A stretch of DNA of 38,850 bases from a virus (lineage: Duplodnaviria; Caudoviricetes): positions 1 to 38,850 of IMG/VR virus record IMGVR_UViG_3300036783_000169, one strand, 5' to 3'. Each line of letters starts with the position of its first letter. Position 1 is the first letter of the stretch. Below, piece by piece: positions 24,480-33,700 of this stretch. Under the pieces are notes generated by a model, which was given only the letters and a program-made list of their open reading frames with translations, ran no database searches and had not been told where the DNA came from. Both the position numbers and the translations under genes were made by a program.

Positions 24480-24754
24480 TGCAGGACCTCACCGCGCAGG
24501 TTTTCCCGGACGGGCCGGTCGAAGCGATGTGCCCGACTAGCCAGGCCGGCGGTAACAGGTTCTCTAAGCGGGACGCGGCGTTGTCCGCGCCGGGCAGTGA
24601 CAGCACTGCTGCTGCGGTGATGCAGGCTGCGCAACCGGGGCCGTTCACGTCGGTGACCACCAACCCGGCGAACATGTCGCAGGTGACGGACAAGTCCGGC
24701 AAGAAGTTACATGGATCAGCGTCCGCAGGAAGTCATCACGGGATCGGGCCGTAA
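24479..24754 (+). CDS. Hypothetical protein
   Basis: TAATG overlap. Confidence 0.65.
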   Translation: MQDLTAQVFPDGPVEAMCPTSQAGGNRFSKRDAALSAPGSDSTAAAVMQAAQPGPFTSVTTNPANMSQVTDKSGKKLHGSASAGSHHGIGP

Positions 24755-24873
24755 GGGTGAGCCGAAGGCTCTTAGCTCATCGTTGCAGCACACGTTCTCC
24801 TGCGCTCATTTCTCTATCGGGAACGTGATCTGGGCTTCCTGCGCGATCTGCGGGCCGCTCGAACCGGTGCCTG

Positions 24874-25089
24874 ATGGCCAGCGCTGACCCCGCCAGGCTG
24901 GCCGCTTTCGTGGCGGGCCTGCCCGACGGTCACCGTCACGCCGGGTTCTTCTGGGCGGTCATGACCGCTGAGGCGAACCACCTGGACCCGGCTGATGTGG
25001 CGATGATCGCGGATGCGGGGGTCACGAACGGCCTCGACGAGGACTACGTGCACCGGACCGTGACCGAGGCTCGGAAGAAGACACGGTGA
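24874..25089 (+). CDS. Hypothetical protein
   Basis: GTGA overlap with the GT gene. Confidence 0.55.
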   Translation: MASADPARLAAFVAGLPDGHRHAGFFWAVMTAEANHLDPADVAMIADAGVTNGLDEDYVHRTVTEARKKTR

Positions 25090-26096
25090 AGCTTTTCTCC
25101 GGTCATGATGCCGGCGGGTGCGGCTGGTACCGGATGATCCTCCCGCACCGGCAGCTCGCGGAGCACGGCTGGGACGTCACGTGGGCGAACGCGAGCCTTG
25201 AGACCGGGGCGGGGTTCACCAGCGCGGCCACCCGCGGGAATGATGTTATCGCGGCGCAGCGGGTAGACAAACCCGGGTCGGCGCATGTGTGGCGCGACTG
25301 CCGCACCGCCACGTCCCGGTTGGTCCTCGAGCAGGACGACAACGTGTTCTCCATCGGGATGCACAACTGGTCGGCCTACGAGATCTATTCGAGAGAACGG
25401 GTCCGTGACATGGTGATGCACGCCATGGAGGTCGCGGACATGGTGACGACGACGACCCCGGCCCTCGCGGAGGTTCTCAGCGAGTTCAACCAGAACGTGA
25501 GGGTGCTGCCGAACTGCATCCCAGGCTGGGTGTGCGGCCTGTCACCCCGGGAGCATGACCGGCCGCGGGTCGGGTGGATGGGCGGCGCGTCCCACGGTCT
25601 CGACGTCGGGGTGGTCGCGGAGCCGGTGCGACGGTTCCTGAAACGGCACCCTGCCTGGCAGCTGTCCCTGATCGGGACCGATTACCGCCCGACGTTCGAG
25701 CTGCCTGAGCGCCGCGCCGTGTTCACCAAATGGGTACAGGTCAATGATGACGCTGACGGTTACTACCGGCTGCCCGATTTTGATGTGGGGCTGGCCCCGC
25801 TGACCCCGGACGTGTTCAACCAGTCCAAGTCCCCGTTGAAGGCCCTCGAGTACGGGGCGCTGGGAATCCCCGTCATCGCGTCGGACTGGCCACCCTACCG
25901 GGATTACGTCCGTCACGGTGAGACAGGGTTTCTCGTCAAGCGTGACCATGAGTGGCTGCATTACATGAGTCTCCTCGCGAACGATGAGGCGCTGCGGGAG
26001 AAGATGGGCGCTGCGGCGCGGGAGCAGGCCCGGCAGCACACGATCGAGGGAAACTGGCAGGCGTGGGACGAGGCGTACCGTTCCCTGTTTCAGTAG
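25086..26096 (+). CDS. GT-B glycosyltransferase (GT4-like)
   Basis: GCGWYR, EQDDN, KSPLKALEYGALGIPVIASD. Confidence 0.92.
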   Translation: MKLFSGHDAGGCGWYRMILPHRQLAEHGWDVTWANASLETGAGFTSAATRGNDVIAAQRVDKPGSAHVWRDCRTATSRLVLEQDDNVFSIGMHNWSAYEIYSRERVRDMVMHAMEVADMVTTTTPALAEVLSEFNQNVRVLPNCIPGWVCGLSPREHDRPRVGWMGGASHGLDVGVVAEPVRRFLKRHPAWQLSLIGTDYRPTFELPERRAVFTKWVQVNDDADGYYRLPDFDVGLAPLTPDVFNQSKSPLKALEYGALGIPVIASDWPPYRDYVRHGETGFLVKRDHEWLHYMSLLANDEALREKMGAAAREQARQHTIEGNWQAWDEAYRSLFQ

Positions 26097-26105
26097 CATG
26101 GGGTC

Positions 26106-26795
26106 GTGCACCTGGTCGTGGTCGTGCCGAGCCGGGGGCGTCCTGCCAGCGCCCGCCGTCTCGCTGGTGCTTTCCGGGACACCGCGGATTTTGACAGGAC
26201 GGACCTGCTGTTCGCCGTGGACGATGACGACCCGGAGCTGGCGGCGTACCAGGAGCTGGCCGATGAGGACCCGTGGGCCGGGCTGACGGTCCTCCCACAC
26301 CCCCGCAGGATCGGGCCCATCCTGAACGCGGTGGCTGTCAGCCTGGCCCCTTTCTGTAATTACCTGGGTTTCATGGGCGATGATCACCTGCCCAGCACGG
26401 ACGGGTGGGACCGGGCGCTGACCGGTGAGCTGGACGGGACGCTCGGGGTGGCGTACGGGAATGACCTGCACCAGGGGGCGAGGCTCCCGACCGCGATGGT
26501 GGTGTCGTCGGTGCTGATCCGGAAGCTGGGGTACTTCTGCCCGCCTGGCCTGACCCACCTGTACCTGGATAATTTCTGGGCGCTGCTCGGGTCGGTGACC
26601 CGGCTGGCGTACCGGGATGACGTGATCATCGAGCACCTGCACGTGGCGGCGGGGAAGGCCCCGATGGACGCCGGGTACGAGTTCAGCCTGGACCCGGGGC
26701 TGGACATGCAGGACAGGGTCGCGTACGACACGTTCCTTCGCGGGCGGTGGGAGGATGACCGGCGGATGATCGCAGAGATGATGACCGGTGCGTAA
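26106..26795 (+). CDS. GT-A glycosyltransferase (GT2-like)
   Basis: VVPSRGR, AVDDDD, MGDDH, IIEHLH. Confidence 0.88.
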   Translation: MHLVVVVPSRGRPASARRLAGAFRDTADFDRTDLLFAVDDDDPELAAYQELADEDPWAGLTVLPHPRRIGPILNAVAVSLAPFCNYLGFMGDDHLPSTDGWDRALTGELDGTLGVAYGNDLHQGARLPTAMVVSSVLIRKLGYFCPPGLTHLYLDNFWALLGSVTRLAYRDDVIIEHLHVAAGKAPMDAGYEFSLDPGLDMQDRVAYDTFLRGRWEDDRRMIAEMMTGA

Positions 26796-27390
26796 GCAGC
26801 TCCGCCCGTTTTACGACCAGCGGGACCTGGACCGGATCTACGCGACGTCGTATGACCACACGCGGTGGTCCGATCACGTGCAGCGGGTCGCCTATACCGC
26901 GCAAATTTTGCACCGCATGGCACCGTCCAGTGTCGCTGACCTGTCGTGCGGTGACGCGGCGATCGTGAACCAGGCCGGGCTCGCATGCCCCGTGCACTGC
27001 GGTGACCTGACCGGGGACTACGAGTTCAAGGGGCCGATCGAGGAGACAGTCGGCCTGATCCCGTATGTGGACGTTTTCGTATGTTCCGAGACGCTGGAGC
27101 ACCTGCGGGACCCGGACCTGGTCCTGAAGCTGATCCGGGTGAAGGCGGACCGGCTGCTGCTGTCCACCCCGGTCGGCGAGTGTGACGACACGAACCGCGA
27201 GCATCTCTGGGGCTGGGACACCGTTGACATGCGGGCTATGCTCACCCAGGCCGGGTGGACGGGTCAGGTTGACCTGCTCTGCCCGCCCCCCGCCTACTAC
27301 GTTTTCCAAGTCTGGCAGTGCGCTTTATGCCCAGCGCGCTGGTCACTGGCAGCGCCGGGTTCATCGGCCGGCACTTCACCCGCCGCCTGA
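26788..27390 (+). CDS. SAM-dependent methyltransferase
   Basis: VADLSCGD, CSETLEHLRDP. Confidence 0.8.
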   Translation: MRKQLRPFYDQRDLDRIYATSYDHTRWSDHVQRVAYTAQILHRMAPSSVADLSCGDAAIVNQAGLACPVHCGDLTGDYEFKGPIEETVGLIPYVDVFVCSETLEHLRDPDLVLKLIRVKADRLLLSTPVGECDDTNREHLWGWDTVDMRAMLTQAGWTGQVDLLCPPPAYYVFQVWQCALCPARWSLAAPGSSAGTSPAA

Positions 27391-28202
27391 TCCGGAACGG
27401 CTGGGACGTGTCTTGTGTTGATGTCAAGACAGGCCGGGACGCGCGGGAGTTCTTCACGTTCCCCCCTTCGGGCTACGACCTGGTGGTGCATGCCGCGGCT
27501 GTGGTCGGCGGCCGGGAGACCATCGACAACAATCCGCTCGCCCAGGCGGTCAACCTGGAACTTGACGCCGGGCTGTTCACCTGGGCGCGGCGGGCCAGGC
27601 CGGGGCGGATCGTGTACCTGTCCAGCTCGTCGGTGTACCCGGTCGCGTTGCAGGGCAGCGAAACCAAGTGCCGGCTCCACGAGCAGGACGTGAACTGGGC
27701 ATCGACGCAGGGACCCGACGCGCTGTACGGGTGGACCAAGCTGACCGGCGAGTACCTGGCCCGGCTCGCCCTCGCCGACGGGCAGGCCGTCACCATCGTC
27801 CGCCCGTTCTCCGGTTACGGACCCGACCAGGACGACACGTACCCGTTCCCCGCGTTCATCGACCGGGCGCTCGCCCGGGCTGACCCGTTCGCGATCTGGG
27901 GCAGCGGCGAGCAGGTCCGGGATTTCATTCACGTGGACGACATCGTGACGGCCACGCTGATGATGGTGGAACAGGAGATCAGCGGCCCCCTGAACCTCGC
28001 ATCGGGGCAGCCCGTGTCGATGCGCGAGCTCGCGGGGATGGTCTGCGAGCAGGCCGGGTATGAGCCCCGGTTCGAGTGCGTCCCGACCGCTCCGTCCGGT
28101 GTTGAGTGGCGGGTCGCGGACGTGCTGAAGGCCAGCCAGGTGTGGGTTCCGCGGGTTCGGCTGGCGCAGGGTATCCGCGAGGCGCTGAAATACCGTAAGT
28201 GA
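27327..28202 (+). CDS. NAD-dependent epimerase/dehydratase
   Basis: TGSAGFIG, SSSSVY, YGWTK, RDFIHVDD. Confidence 0.95.
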   Translation: MPSALVTGSAGFIGRHFTRRLIRNGWDVSCVDVKTGRDAREFFTFPPSGYDLVVHAAAVVGGRETIDNNPLAQAVNLELDAGLFTWARRARPGRIVYLSSSSVYPVALQGSETKCRLHEQDVNWASTQGPDALYGWTKLTGEYLARLALADGQAVTIVRPFSGYGPDQDDTYPFPAFIDRALARADPFAIWGSGEQVRDFIHVDDIVTATLMMVEQEISGPLNLASGQPVSMRELAGMVCEQAGYEPRFECVPTAPSGVEWRVADVLKASQVWVPRVRLAQGIREALKYRK

Positions 28203-28203
28203 C

Positions 28204-28866
28204 ATGAAAGCGTTCATCATCTTCCGGGACAGGGTGTCGTACGGGCGCAGGTGCGCGGACGCGATGCGCCGGGCGGGTCTCGATCCCGTGATTGTGGATC
28301 ACGGGTCGACGTGGCCTGCGGCGCTGGCGTGGCTAACCGGGCTGGAGCAGTGGGGCATCGAAGTGCTCTACAGAGGCGGGGGGCATCCCAGGCATCTGTG
28401 GGAGTGGACGCCGTTCCTTGAGTCGCGTGGCAGCGACCGGTACGTGGTGACCGACCCGGACGTGATCCCGTCACCGAAGTGCCCGCTGGACTGGCCGCAG
28501 CGGCTCTCCGGGCTGCTGGATGAGTACCCGGGCAGCGCGAAAGCCGGGCTGGGCCTCCGGATTGACAACCTGCCGGAGCATTACTCCCGCCGCCAGCAGG
28601 TCATCGAATGGGAAAAGCATTTCTGGGATGACGAGCTGGAACCGGGCGTGTTCCGCGCACCGCTGGACACGACCCTTGCCCTATACCGGGAACGGTCACG
28701 GTTCGAGCTGGACGGGCTGCGGACCGGGAACCCGTACGTGGCGGATCACCTCGCCTGGCATGAAGATTTCAGCGCACTACCGGCTGAGACCGCGTACTAC
28801 TATCAGAATGCAGAACGCGGAATCTCACATTGGGCGGTGCGTGGTGTCAGTGCCTGGGGCGACTAG
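28204..28866 (+). CDS. GT-A glycosyltransferase
   Basis: IVDHGST; VVTDPD (DxD). Confidence 0.8.
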   Translation: MKAFIIFRDRVSYGRRCADAMRRAGLDPVIVDHGSTWPAALAWLTGLEQWGIEVLYRGGGHPRHLWEWTPFLESRGSDRYVVTDPDVIPSPKCPLDWPQRLSGLLDEYPGSAKAGLGLRIDNLPEHYSRRQQVIEWEKHFWDDELEPGVFRAPLDTTLALYRERSRFELDGLRTGNPYVADHLAWHEDFSALPAETAYYYQNAERGISHWAVRGVSAWGD

Positions 28867-28870
28867 GAAA

Positions 28871-29395
28871 ATGATTCTCCCGGCGATCGCTTCGGCGGTC
28901 ACGGCGAATGAATCACAAGCGCTGGCTGACCTGGCCGCGGGTAAGACGGTCCTCGAGCTGGGTGCGTGGTTCGGGTACTCCACGGTGGTGCTGGCGTCGG
29001 TTGCCGAGCAGGTCACCAGCGTCGACTGGCATATGGGCGACGAGCACGCCGGGATCGTCGACACCTACGAGATCTTCACCTATAACCTGCAGCGGTACGG
29101 GGTGCAGGACCGGGTCGAGATAGTGCGGGAACGGTTCGAGGAGGCCCTGCCGCGGATGGCCGCGGAGGGACGCCGGTTCGACGGGTGCTTCCTCGACGCG
29201 CACCATTCCGAGGAATCCGTCACCCGGGACATCGGCCTCGCCGTGCCCCTTATCCGGCCAGGCGGGTTCTTCGCCTTCCACGATTACGGCAGGGGCCCGC
29301 ACAACGGCCATCCGGGGTTCGGGGTGACGGAGGCTGCTGACCGGTTCGGTGTCACGGGCCGCACCGGGTTCCTCGGCTGGGGGTTCGTCCCGTGA
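28871..29395 (+). CDS. Class I methyltransferase (Methyltransf_24-like)
   Basis: VLELGAWFGYST, FLDAHH, GGFFAFHDY. Confidence 0.88.
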   Translation: MILPAIASAVTANESQALADLAAGKTVLELGAWFGYSTVVLASVAEQVTSVDWHMGDEHAGIVDTYEIFTYNLQRYGVQDRVEIVRERFEEALPRMAAEGRRFDGCFLDAHHSEESVTRDIGLAVPLIRPGGFFAFHDYGRGPHNGHPGFGVTEAADRFGVTGRTGFLGWGFVP

Positions 29396-29622
29396 AGTAC
29401 TACACCTGCGACGGGTGCTCGGTGACGCTGACCGTCGAGCAGCGGAACAGGGTCACGGTCAGGAACACGTTCAATAAGCCGGTGACGCTGCATTACTGCG
29501 CGGCGTGCGCCGAGGCGCTCTGGCCTGAGCTGAAATCAGTGTTCGGGTGGACGAAGCAGAGGTTACGTACACGATGCTCCGCGACGGCGAGACTGACCGT
29601 AAGGTGCTCGCCGGGGCGGTGA
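29392..29622 (+). CDS. Zn-ribbon protein
   Basis: CDGC...CAAC. Confidence 0.55.
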   Translation: MKYYTCDGCSVTLTVEQRNRVTVRNTFNKPVTLHYCAACAEALWPELKSVFGWTKQRLRTRCSATARLTVRCSPGR

Positions 29623-29744
29623 CGTTTGACGTTGACACGGATGGTTTCATCCTGGGCGTGCACTGCCGGGACGGCGGCGACTGGGTGACCGCGCTTATCC
29701 AGCTCGTGCAGGCGGGCAAGATTCGGATCGACCTGGAGGGCTGA
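29547..29744 (+). CDS. Hypothetical protein
   Basis: Abuts ATG 29746. Confidence 0.5.
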   Translation: MDEAEVTYTMLRDGETDRKVLAGAVTFDVDTDGFILGVHCRDGGDWVTALIQLVQAGKIRIDLEG

Positions 29745-29745
29745 G

Positions 29746-30108
29746 ATGGCCACGGTGCAGATGCTGGTGACGATCAGCGGCAGTCATGCGAGCGGGAACC
29801 CGTGGCCGCCCGCCGGGGGCACCATCGAGCTGGACGACTGGGAATCCGATCACCTGATCCTGGGTGAGATGGCCCGCCCGGTGGGTGACGTGCCCCCACC
29901 GGAGCCTGAGCCTGAGCCTGAGACACCCGAACCCGTCTCGGAGGGGGAGGAGCCTGCCCCGTCCGGTGAGGTGCCCACGTCCGCACCGAAGGGCATTCAG
30001 CCGAAGGCCGATTGGGTCGCGTGGGCGATGGTGAACGGGCTGACCGAAGACGAGGCGAACCAGCTCACCAAGGCGGAGCTGATGGAGCAGTTCGGGGCGC
30101 GGGCATGA
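29746..30108 (+). CDS. Head-associated protein with C-terminal HeH-like motif
   Basis: GGAGG RBS; KADWVAWA...LTKAELM; PE linker. Confidence 0.75.
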   Translation: MATVQMLVTISGSHASGNPWPPAGGTIELDDWESDHLILGEMARPVGDVPPPEPEPEPETPEPVSEGEEPAPSGEVPTSAPKGIQPKADWVAWAMVNGLTEDEANQLTKAELMEQFGARA

Positions 30109-30172
30109 TGGGCGACAGGTTGCCCGTGACGGAGACCCGCGGCGGCGAAACACCGGGTGAGTGGGTGGTCGC

Positions 30173-30234
30173 CCCCGCCCCGGCCGTGCAGACTGTGAGC
30201 GATGAGGCCGCTTGGGCTGTGGGCCAAGACGGGG
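30173..30234 (-). ncRNA. Stand-alone antisense TIGR-like unit (CAGCCCAA/CAGTCTGC)
   Basis: 13-bp stem with three G.U pairs that form only on the minus strand; TATCAT at 30244-30249; lies within short ORF 30105-30272. Confidence 0.85.
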
Positions 30235-30268
30235 ACGGACACGATGATACCTCAGAGGGTGCGTCTGA

Positions 30269-30811
30269 GTGAACGGCGCGGTAACTGCCCGGGTCCGTGA
30301 CCTGCTCACCACGGTCCGGCAGCAGGAACGGCTATGGCAGAAAAAAGTGACGCTGCCTGACGACCGGTACACCCCGTGGATGCCATCGGATATAGCCCAG
30401 TTCATCGTGCTGCTGGTCGAGGCGATGGCTGAGGCGTCCGGGGACAGGTTTCTCGAGGTGGGCTGCGGGCCGGGCACGAAGATGCTGCTGGCCCGGGACT
30501 TGTTCGGGCTGGACGTGCACGGGTTCGACCGGGTCCCGGAGTACGTGGACGCGGCGAACGGGCTGGGCCTTGACGCGTTCCTCCAGGACGCCCTGACCTA
30601 CAGGGATTACGGAAAGTTCGACATCGTGTTTCTGAACCGGCCGTGCCGGGACCCGGTCTTGGAGCGGGAGCTGGAACGGACCGTGTGGACGCGGATGCGC
30701 CGCGGCGCGGTCCTGCTCCTCATGAATACCGAGATGAAGCCGCCGGAAACTCGCTGGCTCGTTGTCACCGACGACTGGGAATCAAAGCGAGCAATTTTTC
30801 TTAAGTTGTAG
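30269..30811 (+). CDS. Class I SAM methyltransferase
   Basis: FLEVGCGPG, FDIVFLNRP. Confidence 0.85.
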   Translation: MNGAVTARVRDLLTTVRQQERLWQKKVTLPDDRYTPWMPSDIAQFIVLLVEAMAEASGDRFLEVGCGPGTKMLLARDLFGLDVHGFDRVPEYVDAANGLGLDAFLQDALTYRDYGKFDIVFLNRPCRDPVLERELERTVWTRMRRGAVLLLMNTEMKPPETRWLVVTDDWESKRAIFLKL

Positions 30812-30812
30812 C

Positions 30813-30874
30813 TCCCGTCCTGGCCGTTTCATTTCTGAGTCACAGGACCGTCCACCAGATGAGCCAGGACGGGA
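30813..30874 (-). ncRNA. Stand-alone antisense TIGR-like unit (TCTGGTGG/GAAATGAA)
   Basis: 13-bp stem TCCCGTCCTGGCT/GGCCAGGACGGGA; TATCAT at 30884-30889. Confidence 0.85.
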
Positions 30875-30909
30875 ACATACGCCATGATACCACAAGAGGG
30901 AGAACCGGG

Positions 30910-31560
30910 ATGAGTGAGCTGGCGACCGGGGCGGACAGGATGAGCATCAGGACAGCGACCGGTCCCTCCGACCGGGGCGGGCACAGCACCCAGTTCGCGG
31001 TCCGGAAGTGGGACCTGGACCAGATCGCGTGGACGGTGTCCCGTGACTATGACGGGCGGCGGATGCTCAAGCGGGGGCAGGAGCCGGATCAGCACACGTT
31101 CGCGGAATACAAGTGCCTCCCGTACGAGCTGTACGAACTGGAAGACTGCAACCTGATCCTCGACGCGGGCTGGCAGATGATGATGAACGGCATCGCCGGG
31201 TCAGCGGTCACGAAGTTCGCGAACGGCGCGGTCGGCCGGATCGGCGGTGGCATATCAGCCACGGCCGCGGCGTACACGCAGACCGACCTGCAGGCCGCGA
31301 CCGGCGCGGCGAACCGTCAGTGGGAGCTCATCAACGCGGTCCCGTCGGTCGGCGCGACCCACACCGCTGGCCTGGTGTTCGCCGCGCAGTTCCCCACCAC
31401 GGACGGGAACTTCGCGTGGGCCGAGTTCGGGTTCGACTCCGGCACCGCCGCAGGCACGACAGCGTCGGTCGCGCCGATGCTGCAGCGGGGCACCGCATCA
31501 CCGGGGACGAAAACCTCGGCGCAGACCTGGAACGCGACTGTCACCATCACCTGGACATAG
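30910..31560 (+). CDS. Putative virion structural protein
   Basis: GAGGGAG RBS; beta-rich; GNFAWAEFG, GTKTSAQTW. Confidence 0.75.
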   Translation: MSELATGADRMSIRTATGPSDRGGHSTQFAVRKWDLDQIAWTVSRDYDGRRMLKRGQEPDQHTFAEYKCLPYELYELEDCNLILDAGWQMMMNGIAGSAVTKFANGAVGRIGGGISATAAAYTQTDLQAATGAANRQWELINAVPSVGATHTAGLVFAAQFPTTDGNFAWAEFGFDSGTAAGTTASVAPMLQRGTASPGTKTSAQTWNATVTITWT

Positions 31561-31579
31561 CCCGGGAGGGTGAGGCTCC

Positions 31580-31706
31580 GTGACCTTTGCGGCAGTCGGC
31601 GGCCTCGGACAGGCAACCGCCACAACCACTCCGCGTTCTCCGGCCTGGCCGGCACGAAAGCCGTCTCGCAGACCTGGACGCAACGGTGACATTTCCGTTC
31701 ACGTAG
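31580..31706 (+). pseudogene. Remnant: truncated gene start plus frameshifted alternative 3' end of 30910-31560
   Basis: GTKAVSQTW-fs-ATVTFPFT* parallels GTKTSAQTWNATVTITWT*. Confidence 0.6.
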
Positions 31707-31766
31707 TTTCACTTCCGTAACATCCGTTGGAGGCTGTGACCGCGGCCCGGGAGGGGGTGAGCCCGG

Positions 31767-33179
31767 GTGGCCTACTCGCTACTGCACGCGGGCACGGTCC
31801 TGTCTGTCGGGGGCATCAACAGCATCGCCCCGTCCTGCACGTCCACCACGGCCGGCAGCATGCTGGTATGCCCCGTCTGGGCGCAGGGCTCCGTCACGTT
31901 CTCCCTGCCGGCCGGCTGGCGTGCCGCGGCGCCCCCCACCGGGTCCGGTTGCCGCGCGCAGGTCTGGTACTACCCGAACTGCCCCGCCGGGATCACCTCG
32001 GTCACGGTCAACACCAGCGCCTCCACCACCATAGTGGGGCAGGTCCTGGAGTTCACTGACCCGTCCGGGTCGAACCTGGTGCCGCTGGACGCGCAGGGCA
32101 CCCAGTTCGCCACTTCGCCGGCCACCCCGCAGGCCGTGGCGACCAGCACCGCCGCCATCGCGGGCGACCTGGTGGTCTGCGCCAGCGGCCTGGTGTTCGC
32201 GTCGGCCACCAGCAGCACCCTGACGCCCGGCGCCGGATTCACCTCGGCCGGGAATTACGGCAACGGCGCCACCCAGAACGGGCACGCCAGCTTCGACTAC
32301 CTGCTGAACTCGGGCGCGGGCGCGCAGACCGACTCGGTGGCGTTTACGGGCGCCAGCCCGTCCAGCTTCGCCGGGTGCATCGCCGCGTTCCGCATCGCCT
32401 CGGCTGGCCCTGGCCCCGTCCTTTTCGATTCGGTTGGCCCGTCTGCCAGCGGCTACACCGGCGTTTCCACCACCACGTCCCCGGCGACCTGGAGCCACAC
32501 TCTCACCAGCGGCGATACGGGGCTCCTGGTCGCGTTCGGGATCGACAACACGCCCGACTCCGGGTTCACGATCACCGGGGTTACCGCCGGCGGCGTGGCG
32601 ATGACCCAGGTCGGCGGCAAGGTTGAGTCCGGTACCGGCGGGGGCGGGTTCATCACGGTGTGGCAGCTGCTGAACCCGCCGACCGGAACCATCACCATCA
32701 GCGTGTCGTGGACCGGTATCGCGTTCACCAACGGCGGCCACCCGAACGGCGGGTCGATCGCGTTCACCGGAGCGGGCGCGTTCAGCGCACCGGTCACCGC
32801 CAACGGCAGCAGCACCATCCCGTCCGTGGCGGTCCCGACAGCCAGCACGTCTGGGATGGCCGCAGCGTTCGCTGTCTGCGGCTCGGCTTTCATCTCGGCT
32901 ACAGCCCCGCTGACTTCTAGATATCTCGGCGGGGCTGGCGGCCAGGGCGCTGGCTGGATGGCGGGCGGAACCGCTCCTGGAACCGGCAGCAGCGTCACGG
33001 CTGCCTGGTCGTCCAACTCCGACTGGTGGGCGGTCATCGGCGTCGAGGTTCAGCCCGCTGCCGCCGGAGGTCCTGTTTCAAGGCCGCAGCGGGTGCGCAG
33101 GAACGTGCAGGGCAACCCGGGCGCGATCCCGTCGCAGCACATCACGACCGAGCTCACGGGAGCCATTTACGGCCGTTAG
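31767..33179 (+). CDS. Putative virion surface protein, two beta-sandwich modules
   Basis: S/T/G/A-rich, 470 aa; GGAGG RBS. Confidence 0.75.
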   Translation: MAYSLLHAGTVLSVGGINSIAPSCTSTTAGSMLVCPVWAQGSVTFSLPAGWRAAAPPTGSGCRAQVWYYPNCPAGITSVTVNTSASTTIVGQVLEFTDPSGSNLVPLDAQGTQFATSPATPQAVATSTAAIAGDLVVCASGLVFASATSSTLTPGAGFTSAGNYGNGATQNGHASFDYLLNSGAGAQTDSVAFTGASPSSFAGCIAAFRIASAGPGPVLFDSVGPSASGYTGVSTTTSPATWSHTLTSGDTGLLVAFGIDNTPDSGFTITGVTAGGVAMTQVGGKVESGTGGGGFITVWQLLNPPTGTITISVSWTGIAFTNGGHPNGGSIAFTGAGAFSAPVTANGSSTIPSVAVPTASTSGMAAAFAVCGSAFISATAPLTSRYLGGAGGQGAGWMAGGTAPGTGSSVTAAWSSNSDWWAVIGVEVQPAAAGGPVSRPQRVRRNVQGNPGAIPSQHITTELTGAIYGR

Positions 33180-33187
33180 GGAGACAC

Positions 33188-33697
33188 GTGTCTAATTCGT
33201 ATATGGCGAGCCCGCGGGCGTCGACCACGCCGTTCCTCCCGGTGGCGACCGCTCTGGTTGCCGCGACCATCAAGACGGTCCTCCAGGTGGCCACCCCGAC
33301 GACCACTGATGTTGCCATCATCGGGTGGGGCTTGTCGTTCGATAACGCCGCCGGCGGTACCCAGGTACCGGGAATATGTTCCATACTCCATGACCCGACC
33401 GCGTGCACGGGCGGCACGGCGTACACGCCGGAACCGTGGGGGAACTCCCAGGCCCCGGCATCGCTCTGCGTCGGGGGCGCGGCGCTGACGGCCTACGCGC
33501 TGACCGAAGTGACGCCGACCGCCCCGGTTTACCTTGACACTCAGGAGGTCAGCCCGCAGTCCGGGTACGGCGTATTCTTCCCGGCCGACACCCGGCCGAG
33601 GGTCCAGCCGTCCCGGTTCGTCCGGGTACGGTGCACGTTCCCGGCCGCCGTCAACGTCATCCCGTGGATTCTCTGGGACGAACCCGCGCAGGGGTAA
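33188..33697 (+). CDS. Putative structural protein
   Basis: GGGAG RBS; beta-rich. Confidence 0.7.
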   Translation: MSNSYMASPRASTTPFLPVATALVAATIKTVLQVATPTTTDVAIIGWGLSFDNAAGGTQVPGICSILHDPTACTGGTAYTPEPWGNSQAPASLCVGGAALTAYALTEVTPTAPVYLDTQEVSPQSGYGVFFPADTRPRVQPSRFVRVRCTFPAAVNVIPWILWDEPAQG

Positions 33698-33700
33698 CCT

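Noticed and set aside
24775-24822. Two GCTCA-N8 motifs
   Set aside because: Neither is followed by RCGG; at best a decayed unit.
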